A stretch of DNA of 58,700 bases from a virus (Duplodnaviria; Caudoviricetes): positions 1 through 58,700 of IMG/VR virus record IMGVR_UViG_3300021420_000036; one strand, given 5' to 3'. The notes beneath the pieces are model-generated. The model saw only the letters and a program-made list of their open reading frames with translations, was not told the DNA's origin and ran no database searches. The translations under genes and the position numbers were made by a program. Every line of letters starts with the position of its first letter. Within the stretch, counting starts at the first letter, position 1. Positions 18,390 through 28,797 of this stretch are shown here, in pieces.

Positions 18390-19315
18390 AAACGATTTTA
18401 TTCTGCAACACGAAGCAGCCGCAGTGCGGAGTTTACCAGTACGGACTGCACCTGGCGACGGCGCTGGAGTTTTCCAAGAAATATAATGCAGTGTATCTGG
18501 AGCCGGTGGATGAAGGGGAGATGTGCCAGCACCTTCGCAAGCACAACGCGGTGGCGGTGTTTTATAACTGGCACCCGGACCAGGGCGGTTGGATGAGGGG
18601 CGCGCCGTTCGACCTTGCCGGAATAAAACAGTTTCTGATTTATCACGATTGGGAGGCGCACCCGGAGAAGTGGGACGGGGTGTTGATCAGTGATCCGACC
18701 AAGGCCACCGGCGGAGGATGGTTTCCCATTCCGCGACCGCTGCCGGTGTGGCAACCGATTGAGGCCGCGCCGGTGAATTACGATTGCCCGACGCTGGGGG
18801 TGCATGGGTTCGGCGGCGCGAGCGCGGACTGGCTGGTGACGCGGGCGATGGACGAATATGACAACGCGGTGCTGCGGCTGCACCTGCCGTGGGCGCATTA
18901 CGGCGACGCCGCCGGGGTGGAGGCGCGGAAGATGGCGGACCTGTGCCGGGAGCATGTGAAGCGCAAGCCGAGCATCGAACTGCAAATCAGCCACCACTGG
19001 ATGAGTGTGCCGCGATTGCTGCACTGGCTTTCCCTCAACGACATGAACGTTTATTTGCGGGACCCGGCGGCGCACTGGCATGGCGTCTCCAGCGCCCTGG
19101 ACTCCGCGCTGGTGGTTCGGCGTCCGCTGGCCATCAATAAATGCCAGGGGTTTCGACATGTCCATGGCACGATCCCGAGCGTGTGCGTGGAGGACCGCTC
19201 GTTGAAGGAGATTTTAAAAACCGGCATTGAGCCGTTGAAACCGTTGTACGCGGCGAACAGCCGGGAGGCGTTGGTGAGCCGGGTTGAACAAATATTGCAG
19301 GAGAAAGGAGTTTGA
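18386..19315 (+). CDS. GT-B/GT4-like glycosyltransferase, paralogue 1
   Basis: QCGVYQYG..L...L, GVHGFG, GVSSALDSAL.V.RPL; collinear with 20062-21033. Confidence 0.65.
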   Translation: MKTILFCNTKQPQCGVYQYGLHLATALEFSKKYNAVYLEPVDEGEMCQHLRKHNAVAVFYNWHPDQGGWMRGAPFDLAGIKQFLIYHDWEAHPEKWDGVLISDPTKATGGGWFPIPRPLPVWQPIEAAPVNYDCPTLGVHGFGGASADWLVTRAMDEYDNAVLRLHLPWAHYGDAAGVEARKMADLCREHVKRKPSIELQISHHWMSVPRLLHWLSLNDMNVYLRDPAAHWHGVSSALDSALVVRRPLAINKCQGFRHVHGTIPSVCVEDRSLKEILKTGIEPLKPLYAANSREALVSRVEQILQEKGV

Positions 19316-19351
19316 TATGCCACGAACTTACGTTTGTAGCTACGAGTAGCC

Positions 19352-19579
19352 ATGGGCATTGAAACCAAAACGCTGGGGGTGTTGATCGACGAACTCAACA
19401 CCACGAACATGAAGATTTTTCAGAACCTGGAGGTATTGGACCACATGGCCAACCCGGAGGCCGGGGCGTTGTTCAAGAAAACGCAGACGTTGAACCGGCG
19501 GCGGAGCGAATTGATCCAGGCGATTGACCGGAAGTTTGGGGAGGGGGACGTAACCATAACCGATAAAACCTACAGGTGA
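19352..19579 (+). CDS. Small coiled-coil protein of the sugar cluster
   Basis: TLGVLIDEL...NMKIF...LNRRRSELIQAID. Confidence 0.65.
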   Translation: MGIETKTLGVLIDELNTTNMKIFQNLEVLDHMANPEAGALFKKTQTLNRRRSELIQAIDRKFGEGDVTITDKTYR

Positions 19580-19582
19580 ACC

Positions 19583-20065
19583 ATGACATCACGAGAACTG
19601 GCGGATGCAATTGACGCGTTGATTGTATTGCGCATTGGCGAATCACTCATGACCGACAACACACCCGAGCGCGTGTCAGCGGCGCTGCTGGAACAAATCG
19701 AAGTTCAAAAACGCACCATTGCCGATGCGTTCAAACGGTTGGATCATACCGGCGGGATGTATGTGGTGGGCAAGGACGCGTGTGGCAAAGAGCAAACGTA
19801 GTCTGGACGAAATATGAGCCGGAAGCAATTTGACGACGAATGCCAGGGATGCCGGCCCGTGATCCTTGACCGCAAAACCATGGAACCGTTCCCGGACGAC
19901 TCGGTGCCGATGCAGGCGGTGAACGCGGTGTGGAGCACCACGACCAAGGACCAGCGCGAGGCGTTCCACCGGTTCACCTGCCTGAATTCGCGGGACCCCG
20001 GTGACGTGGGGGTGATGCAAACCCTCACCCGGATGTTTGAACAGGAAATACGAGACCGGTCATGA
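19583..20065 (+). CDS. Two small hypothetical ORFs (19583-19801, 19814-20065)
   Basis: Tightly packed ATG ORFs. Confidence 0.55.
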
Positions 20066-21033
20066 AAACGATTCTGATAGTCAACACGCGGGAGAAGGAG
20101 TGCGCGGTGTGGCAGTATGGACAAAATCTGTTTCACGCGCTGGTGTCCAAAGAGTTGTTTGAATCAAGCCAGTTTCATTTTCATTATTGCGAGCCAAAGG
20201 ACGATTCAGACTTGCTGTGGGTTGCGACTAAAGTTGTGCCCGACGCCATCATTTACAACTGGCATCCGAACCAGGGCGGGTTTTTGAAAGACGCGCCGTT
20301 TGACGTGGGCAGGGTGGTTAAGAATTTGTGCGTGTTTCATGAGATGGGCTGGGAACGGGAGGAGAAGTTTGACGCGGTGTTGTTCAGCGCGCACCCAACA
20401 TCCGTGGGGTGGCCGGACGATTGCAAAATCTGGCACCGGGTCCCGCTGCTGCTGCCGCAGGCGGATTTTTTACCGAAGCCGGATGCCAAGCATGACCCGG
20501 CGTGCCCATGGATTGGGGTGAACGGCTACGGCGGGGCACACGCGAACCTGGCGATGGAACAAATTGTAAAGGAATTTGACCACGCGAACGTATGCCTCCA
20601 CCTGCCTCCGGCGCATTATGGCGACGCGGACGGACGGTATGCACGGATTTTTGCGGAGAAATGCCGGGACCTGGCCAAAGACAAACCGGGAATCCTGGTT
20701 CATGCGCGTCATGATTGGATGGACCAGGACGACTTGTTGACGATGCTCTCACTCAACGACCTCAATCTTTATCTTCGCCCTACGCAAGTAGCGTGGCACG
20801 GGGTGAGCGCGGCGATGTGCGCGGCGCTGGCGGTGAAACGGCCCATGTCCACGAACCGCAATCCGAGTTTCCGGCATTTGTGGGATTGCCAGCCGAGCGT
20901 GTGCGTGGAGGACCGGTCGTTGAAGGAGATTCTGGCGACGGGGACGAAACCGTTGGAGCCGGTTTGGGAACAGAACAGTACGGAGAAGTTTGTGGCCAGA
21001 ATTGAAGAAATACTCGGAGAGTTAGGAGTGTAG
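20062..21033 (+). CDS. GT-B/GT4-like glycosyltransferase, paralogue 2
   Basis: Shares YNWHP.QGG, LHLP.AHYGDA.G, WHGVS, PSVCVEDRSLKEIL.TG with 18386-19315. Confidence 0.65.
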   Translation: MKTILIVNTREKECAVWQYGQNLFHALVSKELFESSQFHFHYCEPKDDSDLLWVATKVVPDAIIYNWHPNQGGFLKDAPFDVGRVVKNLCVFHEMGWEREEKFDAVLFSAHPTSVGWPDDCKIWHRVPLLLPQADFLPKPDAKHDPACPWIGVNGYGGAHANLAMEQIVKEFDHANVCLHLPPAHYGDADGRYARIFAEKCRDLAKDKPGILVHARHDWMDQDDLLTMLSLNDLNLYLRPTQVAWHGVSAAMCAALAVKRPMSTNRNPSFRHLWDCQPSVCVEDRSLKEILATGTKPLEPVWEQNSTEKFVARIEEILGELGV

Positions 21034-21076
21034 AGTGCAGAATGCAAAATGGGGAACGAGTGTGGTAGGTTCGAGA

Positions 21077-22363
21077 ATGAATGTGCAAGAAATCAAGGCG
21101 TGCCGGATATGTGGCGGTGAGAGACTGGCGCTGGTGGCGAGCCTCGGGGAGCAGTGCGTGAGCGGGGCGTTTCTGGCGTGCAAGTCGGTGACGCCCGAGG
21201 TGCCGCTGGTGGTGGTGCGGTGTCAGCGGTGCGGGCTGGTACAGTTGCAGCACAGCGTGCCGCCGGAACTGATGTATAAAAAATACTGGTATCGCAGCGG
21301 GGTGAACCAGACGATGCGCGAGCACTTGAAAGGTATCGTGGAGGAGGCGAAGGCGCGGGTGAAACTGGAGGCGCGGGACATGGTGCTGGACATTGGGTGC
21401 AATGACGGGACGTTGCTGGAGGCGTACGGGGTGACTCCGGGGCCGTATGACACGATCCAGATGATGGGGATGGACCCGGCGGCGAACATGATTGAACTGG
21501 CGCTGGCCAAGGGACTGCCGGTGGTGTGCGATTTTTTCAGCGCGGAACGCTATTACTCGATGATGAACAAAAACCAGAAGCCAAAGATCATCACGAGCAT
21601 CGCCATGTTTTACGATTTGGAGGACCCGAACCGGTTTGTGGCGGACATCAAGGAGATTTTGCACCCGGAGGGGATTTGGGTGCTGGAGATGAGTTACCTG
21701 CCGACGATGCTGGAGAGGAATAGTTTTGACACGATTTGCCACGAGCATTTGGAATATTATCATCTGGAGCCGCTGGAGGAAATGTTGCTGACAAACGACC
21801 TGGAACTGGTGGACGTGAGTTTGAACGACATGAACGGCGGGAGTTTTCGCGTCACCGTGATGCACGATGACCGGCTGTCCGAAGATGCCGAAGGTCAGGA
21901 ACGATTGCAGCAAATGCGCGCGGACGAGATGATGCTGGGGCTCGACAGTGACGGGCCGTACATGAATTTCCGGCGGAACATTGAGAAGGTCAAATGCGAC
22001 GTGCAGTTGTTTTTGAAGAGCGCGAAGGAGGCCGGGAAGGTGGTGCATGGTTACGGGGCGAGCACGAAGGGCAATACGATTTTGCAGTTTTGCGCAGTGA
22101 CGCAGGACCTGCTGCCGGTGATTGCCGACCGGAACGAAAGCAAATGGGGACACTTCACGGTGGGGACGAACATCCCGATTATATCCGAGGCCGAGAGCCG
22201 CGCGGCCAAGCCGGATTATTACTTTGTTTTGCCGTGGCATTTCATGGCGGAATTCCGAATGCGGGAGACGGAGTTTTTGGCGCGTGGTGGGAGGTTTGTG
22301 CTGCCGCTGCCCATGCTGGCGATTGATCCAGGGCCAACTTGGACGAAGTGCATTGCGAGTTGA
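21077..22363 (+). CDS. SAM-dependent NDP-sugar C-methyltransferase
   Basis: Zn-binding CRICG...CQRCGLVQL, YWYRSG, VLDIGCNDGTLL, DTICHEHLEYY, GYGASTKGNTILQ, PDYYFVLPWHF. Confidence 0.9.
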   Translation: MNVQEIKACRICGGERLALVASLGEQCVSGAFLACKSVTPEVPLVVVRCQRCGLVQLQHSVPPELMYKKYWYRSGVNQTMREHLKGIVEEAKARVKLEARDMVLDIGCNDGTLLEAYGVTPGPYDTIQMMGMDPAANMIELALAKGLPVVCDFFSAERYYSMMNKNQKPKIITSIAMFYDLEDPNRFVADIKEILHPEGIWVLEMSYLPTMLERNSFDTICHEHLEYYHLEPLEEMLLTNDLELVDVSLNDMNGGSFRVTVMHDDRLSEDAEGQERLQQMRADEMMLGLDSDGPYMNFRRNIEKVKCDVQLFLKSAKEAGKVVHGYGASTKGNTILQFCAVTQDLLPVIADRNESKWGHFTVGTNIPIISEAESRAAKPDYYFVLPWHFMAEFRMRETEFLARGGRFVLPLPMLAIDPGPTWTKCIAS

Positions 22364-22448
22364 CAATACCCGACACGGTTGATTTATTACGACCGTGAGC
22401 ACGCGAGACCAAGCAGAGCCTGGACCCAACCCAAAAAACCGGGACATC

Positions 22449-22893
22449 ATGCGGGAACGGATTGCGCCGGGAATCTGGCGGGACGCGAACGGGGACATCC
22501 ACTGGAGCATCACGGAATTGCTGGAGATGGTGGACCTGCCGGACACGCCGGAGCACCGGGCCAAGGTGGAAAAAATGCTGGAGGACCTGATGCGCCGGGA
22601 AAAACCGGACGTGAAGATCATCAAACGACCGCACCCGCCGGAAGGCTGGAACGGTAAACAATAAATGGGACACGCGGCAGCGCGTCCCTACCAATTAAAC
22701 GATGACGCCCGAACAAGCCACGGTGGGGACGCGGGTGAGGGCACTGGTGAAGTTTTTTCGCGTTCCGGCGGGGAGCGAAGGGGTGATTGACGAGGACTAC
22801 GGGACGGGCGTGATGGTGGCGTGGGACCTGCCGCATAAAATCCGCGACGGGTTTGACAAGGAAACGGAGTTGCACTTTCTTGAAAAAGTTTAA
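22449..22893 (+). CDS. Two small hypothetical ORFs (about 22449-22664 and 22702-22893)
   Basis: Short ORFs bracketed by REP-like repeats. Confidence 0.5.
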
Positions 22894-22994
22894 CCACGGA
22901 TGGACACGGATTGGAAATGCCACGAACGTACGTTCGTAGCTACCGGTAATCTTCACCCCTAGCTAATTGGCGGTGCCAATGCGAGCGGTAGTTA

Positions 22995-25319
22995 ATGAAG
23001 TTCAAGACCGCCGCCGCCGTGGAAAATGTTGTCTGGCAGATGCGCCTGGCCGACTGGCCGCGCGCCCGGAACCGCGCGCGAATCAATGATTTGTTCAACG
23101 GCGCGCCGCCGTACAGCGAGGAGGCAGTCCGGCAGAACGGGATTAACACCAACGTCAACAGCCTGGAAGCTCCGCATGAGAGCATGGCCGCACGGGGACA
23201 GTTTGGTAACGCATTGGTCACGCCCGACCCGCTGATAAATATAGAGTTGGACTACGGACCCGTTTACAAACGGCGGGACTGGGCGAACACCATCAGCCGC
23301 GAGATCAACAAGAAGATCAAAAATTCGCTGGCGTGGCAGGAGGAGGAGGAAAGCACCTTTGCGCAGGTGGTCCTGCACGGGATTGGCCCTGCCCATTGGG
23401 AGGACCGGTACTGTCCGTACCCCAAGGCGCGCGGGATTGAGGACGTGCTGATACCCAGTGAGACCCTTCGCAGCATGGAGAACAGCCAGATGGTGGCGAT
23501 TTACCGCTCGTGGACGGCGGCGGAGTTATACAAACTGACGCACGGGCCGAGGACGGACAAGGGCTGGAACCTCCCTCTCGTGGACCGGGCGATTACCTGG
23601 GTGGACCAGGAGGCGATGCAACTTTACGGGACGAAGTGGCCGGAAATCTGGAGTCCCGAAAAGATGGCGGAACGGATCAAGGAGGACAGCGGGCTCTACA
23701 GCAGCGACGCGATGCCGACGGTGGACGCCTTCGACGTTTATTACTGGGATGAAAGCGGGAAGCATCCGGGTTGGAAACGAAAAGTGATTCTGGACGCGTG
23801 GGGAAACCCGGGCGTGGGCGGCGCGGGGGGAATCAGTTACGCGGCGAGTCCCGCATCGCAAAAGCAGGACGGCAAGTACGGCGTGGGGAGCAAGAGCGAA
23901 TTTCTCTATGACGGAGGGGACCGCACCTATGCCGATGACCAGGGCGAATTCATCCATTTTCAGTTTGGCGACGCGAGCGCGGTTGCCCCGTTCCGGTATC
24001 ACAGCGTGCGGTCCCTGGGCTTTTTGCTGTACGCGGTGTGTCATTTGCAGAATCGCCTCAAGTGCAAACTGCACGACCATGTGTTTGAGAATTTGATCCA
24101 ATATTTCCGGGTGGCGAACCCCGCCGACGCGGAACGGTTGAGCAAGGTCGATTTGGTGGACAAGGGCATCATTCCAGAGGGATTGAATTTTGTGAAGCAG
24201 GACGAGCGCTGGCAGATCAACGACCAGGTGGCGCAGATGATGGTGCAGATGAACCAGCAGACCATGGCGACGAACAGCGCGAGCTTCACCCAGGATTTTG
24301 ATTTCGAGAAGGAGAAGGCGGAGGAGACGGCGACGCGGACGATGGCGAAGGTGAACAGCACGAGCGCGTTGATTGGGTCGATGCTCAACCGGGCGTACAA
24401 CTATCAGAAATTCAAATTGATCGAGGTGTGCCGGCGGTTTTGCATGTTGAACAGCCGGGACCCGGATGTGAGGAGTTTTCGGGTGGAATGCCTGAAGGCC
24501 GGGGTGCCGGCGGAGGCGCTGAATGTGGAGCGGTGGAACGTGCAGCCGGTGCGGGTGATCGGGAACGGGAACAAGATGCTGCAAGTGGCGATGATGGACA
24601 AGATCATGGCCACGGTTTACGACAAACTGGACCCGGACGCGCAGAAGGAGATGGTGCGGCTGTATATCGCGGTGAACTCGGGCGATTACGAACTGGCCAA
24701 CCGCAGCGTGCCGGAGCAGAAGCGAATCAGTGAGTCGGTCCATGACGCGCAGACCAGCCTGGGGACGATTTTGGACAGCCTGCCGGTGACGTTGCGGACG
24801 GGGGTGAACCACGGGGAATACGTGGAGGTATGGCTGCACGCGATGGCGATGCTGGTGCAGAAGATGGAGGGCAAGGGCGGGACGACGACGCCGGACGAAC
24901 TGAGCGGGTTGAATAATCTGGGCCAGCACATTGGCGCGCAGATCAAGATTTTGAGCCAGGACAAGACGCAAAAGGAGAACGTGGCGCAATATGGCAAGGA
25001 CCTGGGGAAACTGATGAACCTGGTGAAGGGTTATGCTCAGAGACTTCAAGAGCAGCAACAAAAACAGGCGCAGGCGCAGAACGGGCAGATGGACCCGAAG
25101 GACCAGGCCAAGATCAAGGCGACGCTGATGACGGCGCAGACCAAGCAGCAGATTGCCACGGAGAGCCACGCGCAAAAGACGGCGCAGCGGCAGATTGCCT
25201 TCCAGCAAAAAATCCACCAGGACGCGATTGAACATAAGGCGGAAATTGCGAAGAAGGATTTGGAGACGGCGGCGAATGTCCGGCGTGGGGGAATGAAGTC
25301 ACTAGGGGGAGATGAGTAA
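22995..25319 (+). CDS. Portal protein (podovirus-like)
   Basis: 774 aa, upstream of scaffold and capsid; ETAT motif; Gln-rich coiled-coil C-terminus as in P22-like portals. Confidence 0.72.
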   Translation: MKFKTAAAVENVVWQMRLADWPRARNRARINDLFNGAPPYSEEAVRQNGINTNVNSLEAPHESMAARGQFGNALVTPDPLINIELDYGPVYKRRDWANTISREINKKIKNSLAWQEEEESTFAQVVLHGIGPAHWEDRYCPYPKARGIEDVLIPSETLRSMENSQMVAIYRSWTAAELYKLTHGPRTDKGWNLPLVDRAITWVDQEAMQLYGTKWPEIWSPEKMAERIKEDSGLYSSDAMPTVDAFDVYYWDESGKHPGWKRKVILDAWGNPGVGGAGGISYAASPASQKQDGKYGVGSKSEFLYDGGDRTYADDQGEFIHFQFGDASAVAPFRYHSVRSLGFLLYAVCHLQNRLKCKLHDHVFENLIQYFRVANPADAERLSKVDLVDKGIIPEGLNFVKQDERWQINDQVAQMMVQMNQQTMATNSASFTQDFDFEKEKAEETATRTMAKVNSTSALIGSMLNRAYNYQKFKLIEVCRRFCMLNSRDPDVRSFRVECLKAGVPAEALNVERWNVQPVRVIGNGNKMLQVAMMDKIMATVYDKLDPDAQKEMVRLYIAVNSGDYELANRSVPEQKRISESVHDAQTSLGTILDSLPVTLRTGVNHGEYVEVWLHAMAMLVQKMEGKGGTTTPDELSGLNNLGQHIGAQIKILSQDKTQKENVAQYGKDLGKLMNLVKGYAQRLQEQQQKQAQAQNGQMDPKDQAKIKATLMTAQTKQQIATESHAQKTAQRQIAFQQKIHQDAIEHKAEIAKKDLETAANVRRGGMKSLGGDE

Positions 25320-25524
25320 CCGCAAAGAACGCAGAGAGCACAAAAATGAAGAAGGGGAAAAAGAAAGGACCGAAAACCCAATCCATGGACAAATGGAACG
25401 GGAAGACGGACCAACTGATTGACGGGCCGTCGTTGATTTATGACCCGGTGGCGCATCGGAAGGCGGTGAAGGAAAGCCGGGAGAGCCACACGGTCAAAGT
25501 GACCAGACGGTGTCTGGACTCAAT

Positions 25525-26820
25525 ATGAAAGACATACGTGACGTCACCGCGCTGGTGTTCGACCACGGACTGTTTTTGCCGCTGGCGCACGCGCTGGCGA
25601 AGCAATGCAAGCGGGTGCTGTATCACACGCCCGCCGAGCGCGCGTTCAACCGGGTGAACGAGTGGGTGGTGGGGGACGGGTTTGAGGACATTGAGTTGTG
25701 CGAGGACATTTGGGAGATGAAGGACGAGGTGGACCTGTGGGTGTTCCCGGACATCCAGCACAGCGGATTGCAAAAGGAACTGGAGCGGCAGGGGAAAGCG
25801 GTGTGGGGTAGCAAGGGGGCCGACGCCATCGAAATCCAGCGGGTCAAATTTCACAAGTTGCTGGGCAAACTCGGGCTGGAGGTGCCGCCGTATGTGGCCA
25901 TTCGCGGGTGGACGGCGCTGCGGGAGCATTTGAAGGGTGAGGAAAACAAATACATCAAGATTTCAAAATACCGGGGCAACCTGGAGACATGCCATTGGCG
26001 GAACTGGGAACTGGACGAGGGCACGCTGGACGCGTGGGCCATGGAGTTCGGACCGGTGAAGGAAAAGATTTTGTTCCTGGTGTTCGACGACATCAAGACC
26101 GAACTGGAGATCGGCGGGGATACTTATTGTGTCGGGGGAAAATGGCCCGCGCTGATGCTGCACGGGGACGAGCGGAAGGATGAATGTTATTTTGGCGCGG
26201 TGACCGCGAGCGATGATATGCCGGAGGCATTACAAGAAGTCATGGCGGCGTTCGGGCCGGTGCTGGGCGAGGAGGGTTACTGCAACCAATGGAGCATGGA
26301 AGTCCGGGTGAAGGACGACAAAAGTTATTTCATCGACCCCACCTGTAGAGGAGGGCTGCCTTCGACCGGTTCACAAATCCGATTGTGGACGAACCTGCCG
26401 GAAATCATCTGGGCCGGCGCGAACGGGGAACTGGTGGACCCGGAGGTGGCGGAGGAGGACAAGTTTTCGGCCGAATGCCTGCTGACGATGAAGCGCGAGG
26501 AAGCCGGCTGGGCCAAGACCCGCATCCCGCCGGAGTTGCAGGACGTGATGCTGGTGCGGAACTGCTGCGGAGTGGACGGTGCCGTGGCCTTTCCGCCCAA
26601 TGACATCAAGGGTGACGAAATCGGCTGGCTGGTGGCGAAGGGCAGCACGATGGAAGAGACGGTTCAGCGGATGCTGGAATACAAGAAGCTCGTGCCCAGC
26701 GGCGTGGTGGCGCACACGGAGGGACTGGCAGACGTTATTAAAGAAATCTCGGCGGCGGAGGACGAAGGCATCGCCTTCACCCAAGATGAAATACCGGACC
26801 CGTCGATTGTGGTGAATTAA
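25525..26820 (+). CDS. ATP-grasp fold ligase (PurD-like)
   Basis: VWGS...IEIQR..F..LL..LGLEVP, YIKISKYRG, EIGGD, SMEVRV...YFIDPTCRGG. Confidence 0.72.
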   Translation: MKDIRDVTALVFDHGLFLPLAHALAKQCKRVLYHTPAERAFNRVNEWVVGDGFEDIELCEDIWEMKDEVDLWVFPDIQHSGLQKELERQGKAVWGSKGADAIEIQRVKFHKLLGKLGLEVPPYVAIRGWTALREHLKGEENKYIKISKYRGNLETCHWRNWELDEGTLDAWAMEFGPVKEKILFLVFDDIKTELEIGGDTYCVGGKWPALMLHGDERKDECYFGAVTASDDMPEALQEVMAAFGPVLGEEGYCNQWSMEVRVKDDKSYFIDPTCRGGLPSTGSQIRLWTNLPEIIWAGANGELVDPEVAEEDKFSAECLLTMKREEAGWAKTRIPPELQDVMLVRNCCGVDGAVAFPPNDIKGDEIGWLVAKGSTMEETVQRMLEYKKLVPSGVVAHTEGLADVIKEISAAEDEGIAFTQDEIPDPSIVVN

Positions 26821-26898
26821 TTTTAACCACGGATAAACACAGATGGACACGGATATGAAGGTATTGACTTTTGAAGCGCCCAGACAGAGTGGTGAAAT

Positions 26899-27878
26899 AT
26901 GGACAACGTGATTGACCTGACCAACCAGACTGCGTCTGGGCTCAATATTGAGGAAGCGGAGCCAGCGAAGGTTGCCGACAACATTTGCAGCACGGTGGAA
27001 CTGGAGAAAAAGCGCGCCATCATGATGCGGGCGTTTGCGCTGACGAGCGGGCAACTGGAGCATGACGCGTTGAAACTGGAGGAGCAGGCGATTGTGGGGA
27101 ATTATGAGATCAAACGGCGGCATGAATTGATGACCACGGCCAAGGCGCTGCGCGAGGCGGTGGGCTGGATTCAAACGCTGGTCACTCCCCAAGCGTCTCC
27201 GCAAAATGGGGAGGCACAACTTGTGCCCTGACGCAAATTGGCCGGCGCTGCCCAGTTACCGGACGTTCACGGCGGCGGATCACGCGGCGCACACGAGCCC
27301 GAAGGGCGTGCCGTACCCGGAGACGCTCATGAACGGGGTGGACAGCAGGAAAGCGGCGAAGCAAATCATGAAGTTTGCGCATAAGCCGCATTTGACTTTA
27401 AAGAAAACCACGAGGCCGCGAGTGAGTGCGCGGCGGAAGAAGAAAGAACGATGAGCGCGGAATTGAACGATGACTTTTCTGTGGAAGAGGCGAAACGACA
27501 GTTTCGAGAAGTGATCAGCCTGATGAAAGACGCGGCGCGGGCAGCGATGGAGACACCGGAAGGCCGGGAAGGACTGCGCCGTGACCTGGCGGCGTTGCAA
27601 GGCGTGCCAGTGGAAATGGTCAAATTTGAAGGAGAATCATGAGCGCGATTTATAAAGTCACGACCAGCATCGCGGGATTGGGTCCATTCCAGATGGAGGC
27701 GGAGGATATGAGCCCGGCCATGCTGATTGTGACTCTGCTTTTTGAATTGGAAAAACGGGGTAACGACCTGACCTTGCGCGAGGTGCTGTCCAAAGTCACG
27801 TTTGAGCAACTGGATGAATTGGAGGACGGTGTGGAAATAATCGAGGAACCAAAAATCGAGGAACTGCCAAAACTATGA
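26899..27878 (+). CDS. Four small hypothetical ORFs (26899-27231, 27206-27454, 27451-27642, 27639-27878)
   Basis: Chain of overlapping start and stop codons. Confidence 0.6.
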
Positions 27879-28150
27879 GCGCGAGAAAATTGAGGCCGAC
27901 GGGCAACCGGGTGCTGGTGGAGGCGGTGCCTCCTCCCGAGGTGACCAAAGGCGGAATTATGTTGTCAACCGCGTACCAGCAACCGAGCACCCAGGGGACG
28001 GTGATTGCGGTAGGTGGCGCGGTGCAGGACCTGAAACCCGGCATGCTGGTGGCTTATTCGTGGATTCAGAGCATCGAGGTGGAACACGAGGGGCGCAACC
28101 TTAGACTGCTGCCGGAGTTGGCCGTGCAAGCGATATTGGAGGGCGAATGA
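27875..28150 (+). CDS. groES: Co-chaperonin GroES (Cpn10)
   Basis: LRPTGNRVLVE...TKGGIML...GTVIAVG...LKPG. Confidence 0.9.
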   Translation: MSARKLRPTGNRVLVEAVPPPEVTKGGIMLSTAYQQPSTQGTVIAVGGAVQDLKPGMLVAYSWIQSIEVEHEGRNLRLLPELAVQAILEGE

Positions 28151-28314
28151 ACCCCGTGGGAAAAAATTGCTGCCCGGGCGCGAAGTTCAACGGCAGCAAG
28201 TTCAACCAGACGCTGGTGGACCAGACGCCGGTGTTTGACAAGCGGCGCAAGCACAACAAGCCGGTGCAGAAACACAGCGGCAATATGTATCGGAAGCCGA
28301 ACTATTTGAAGTGA
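28147..28314 (+). CDS. 55-aa ORF resembling the capsid N-terminal segment (not in the ORF track)
   Basis: Four-base overlaps at both ends; SKFNQTLVDQTPVFDK versus capsid CSFTQFLVDQEPVYDK. Confidence 0.65.
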   Translation: MNPVGKNCCPGAKFNGSKFNQTLVDQTPVFDKRRKHNKPVQKHSGNMYRKPNYLK

Positions 28315-28504
28315 GCCGAGATGACATCATTACCGAAATCAAGCAACTCCAGCGTCAACGACCGGCTGGGTGGCGCATGAAAACAAAACCGCTTTTCAGA
28401 ATGTTGGACCGGCTGGATGACCCGTATGGCATTCACGAGGACAGAGGAAACGAAAACCGGGGCAGGCCGGTCTGCCACCGCCCGATTGTGTCAGGACCAT
28501 TTTA

Positions 28505-28777
28505 ATGATCACCCCGCGCGAGTCGTTTAAAAACAATCCGGACTATTCCAAGAAGTGGCCGGACGTGGTGGACAGCCGGATGTTCGGTGAGGCGGTCAAC
28601 GCCGCGATGTTGGAAATGAATTTGCAGAACAGCAATCCGCCGGACATGGGCAGCGCGGCGGCGTTTCAGTGGCGAGCCGAGGGCGCGAAACAGTTCTTGC
28701 GGATTTTCATGGGGTTGAGCGACGGGGCAGCGGTGAAGAAAGCGCCACTCCCACAAAACCTGGACCATAGAATTTAG
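28505..28777 (+). CDS. Small protein preceding the scaffold
   Basis: 90 aa with R.EGAK.FL motif, at a position typical of podovirus head modules. Confidence 0.65.
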   Translation: MITPRESFKNNPDYSKKWPDVVDSRMFGEAVNAAMLEMNLQNSNPPDMGSAAAFQWRAEGAKQFLRIFMGLSDGAAVKKAPLPQNLDHRI

Positions 28778-28797
28778 CGGTTTGAAACGGATAAATT

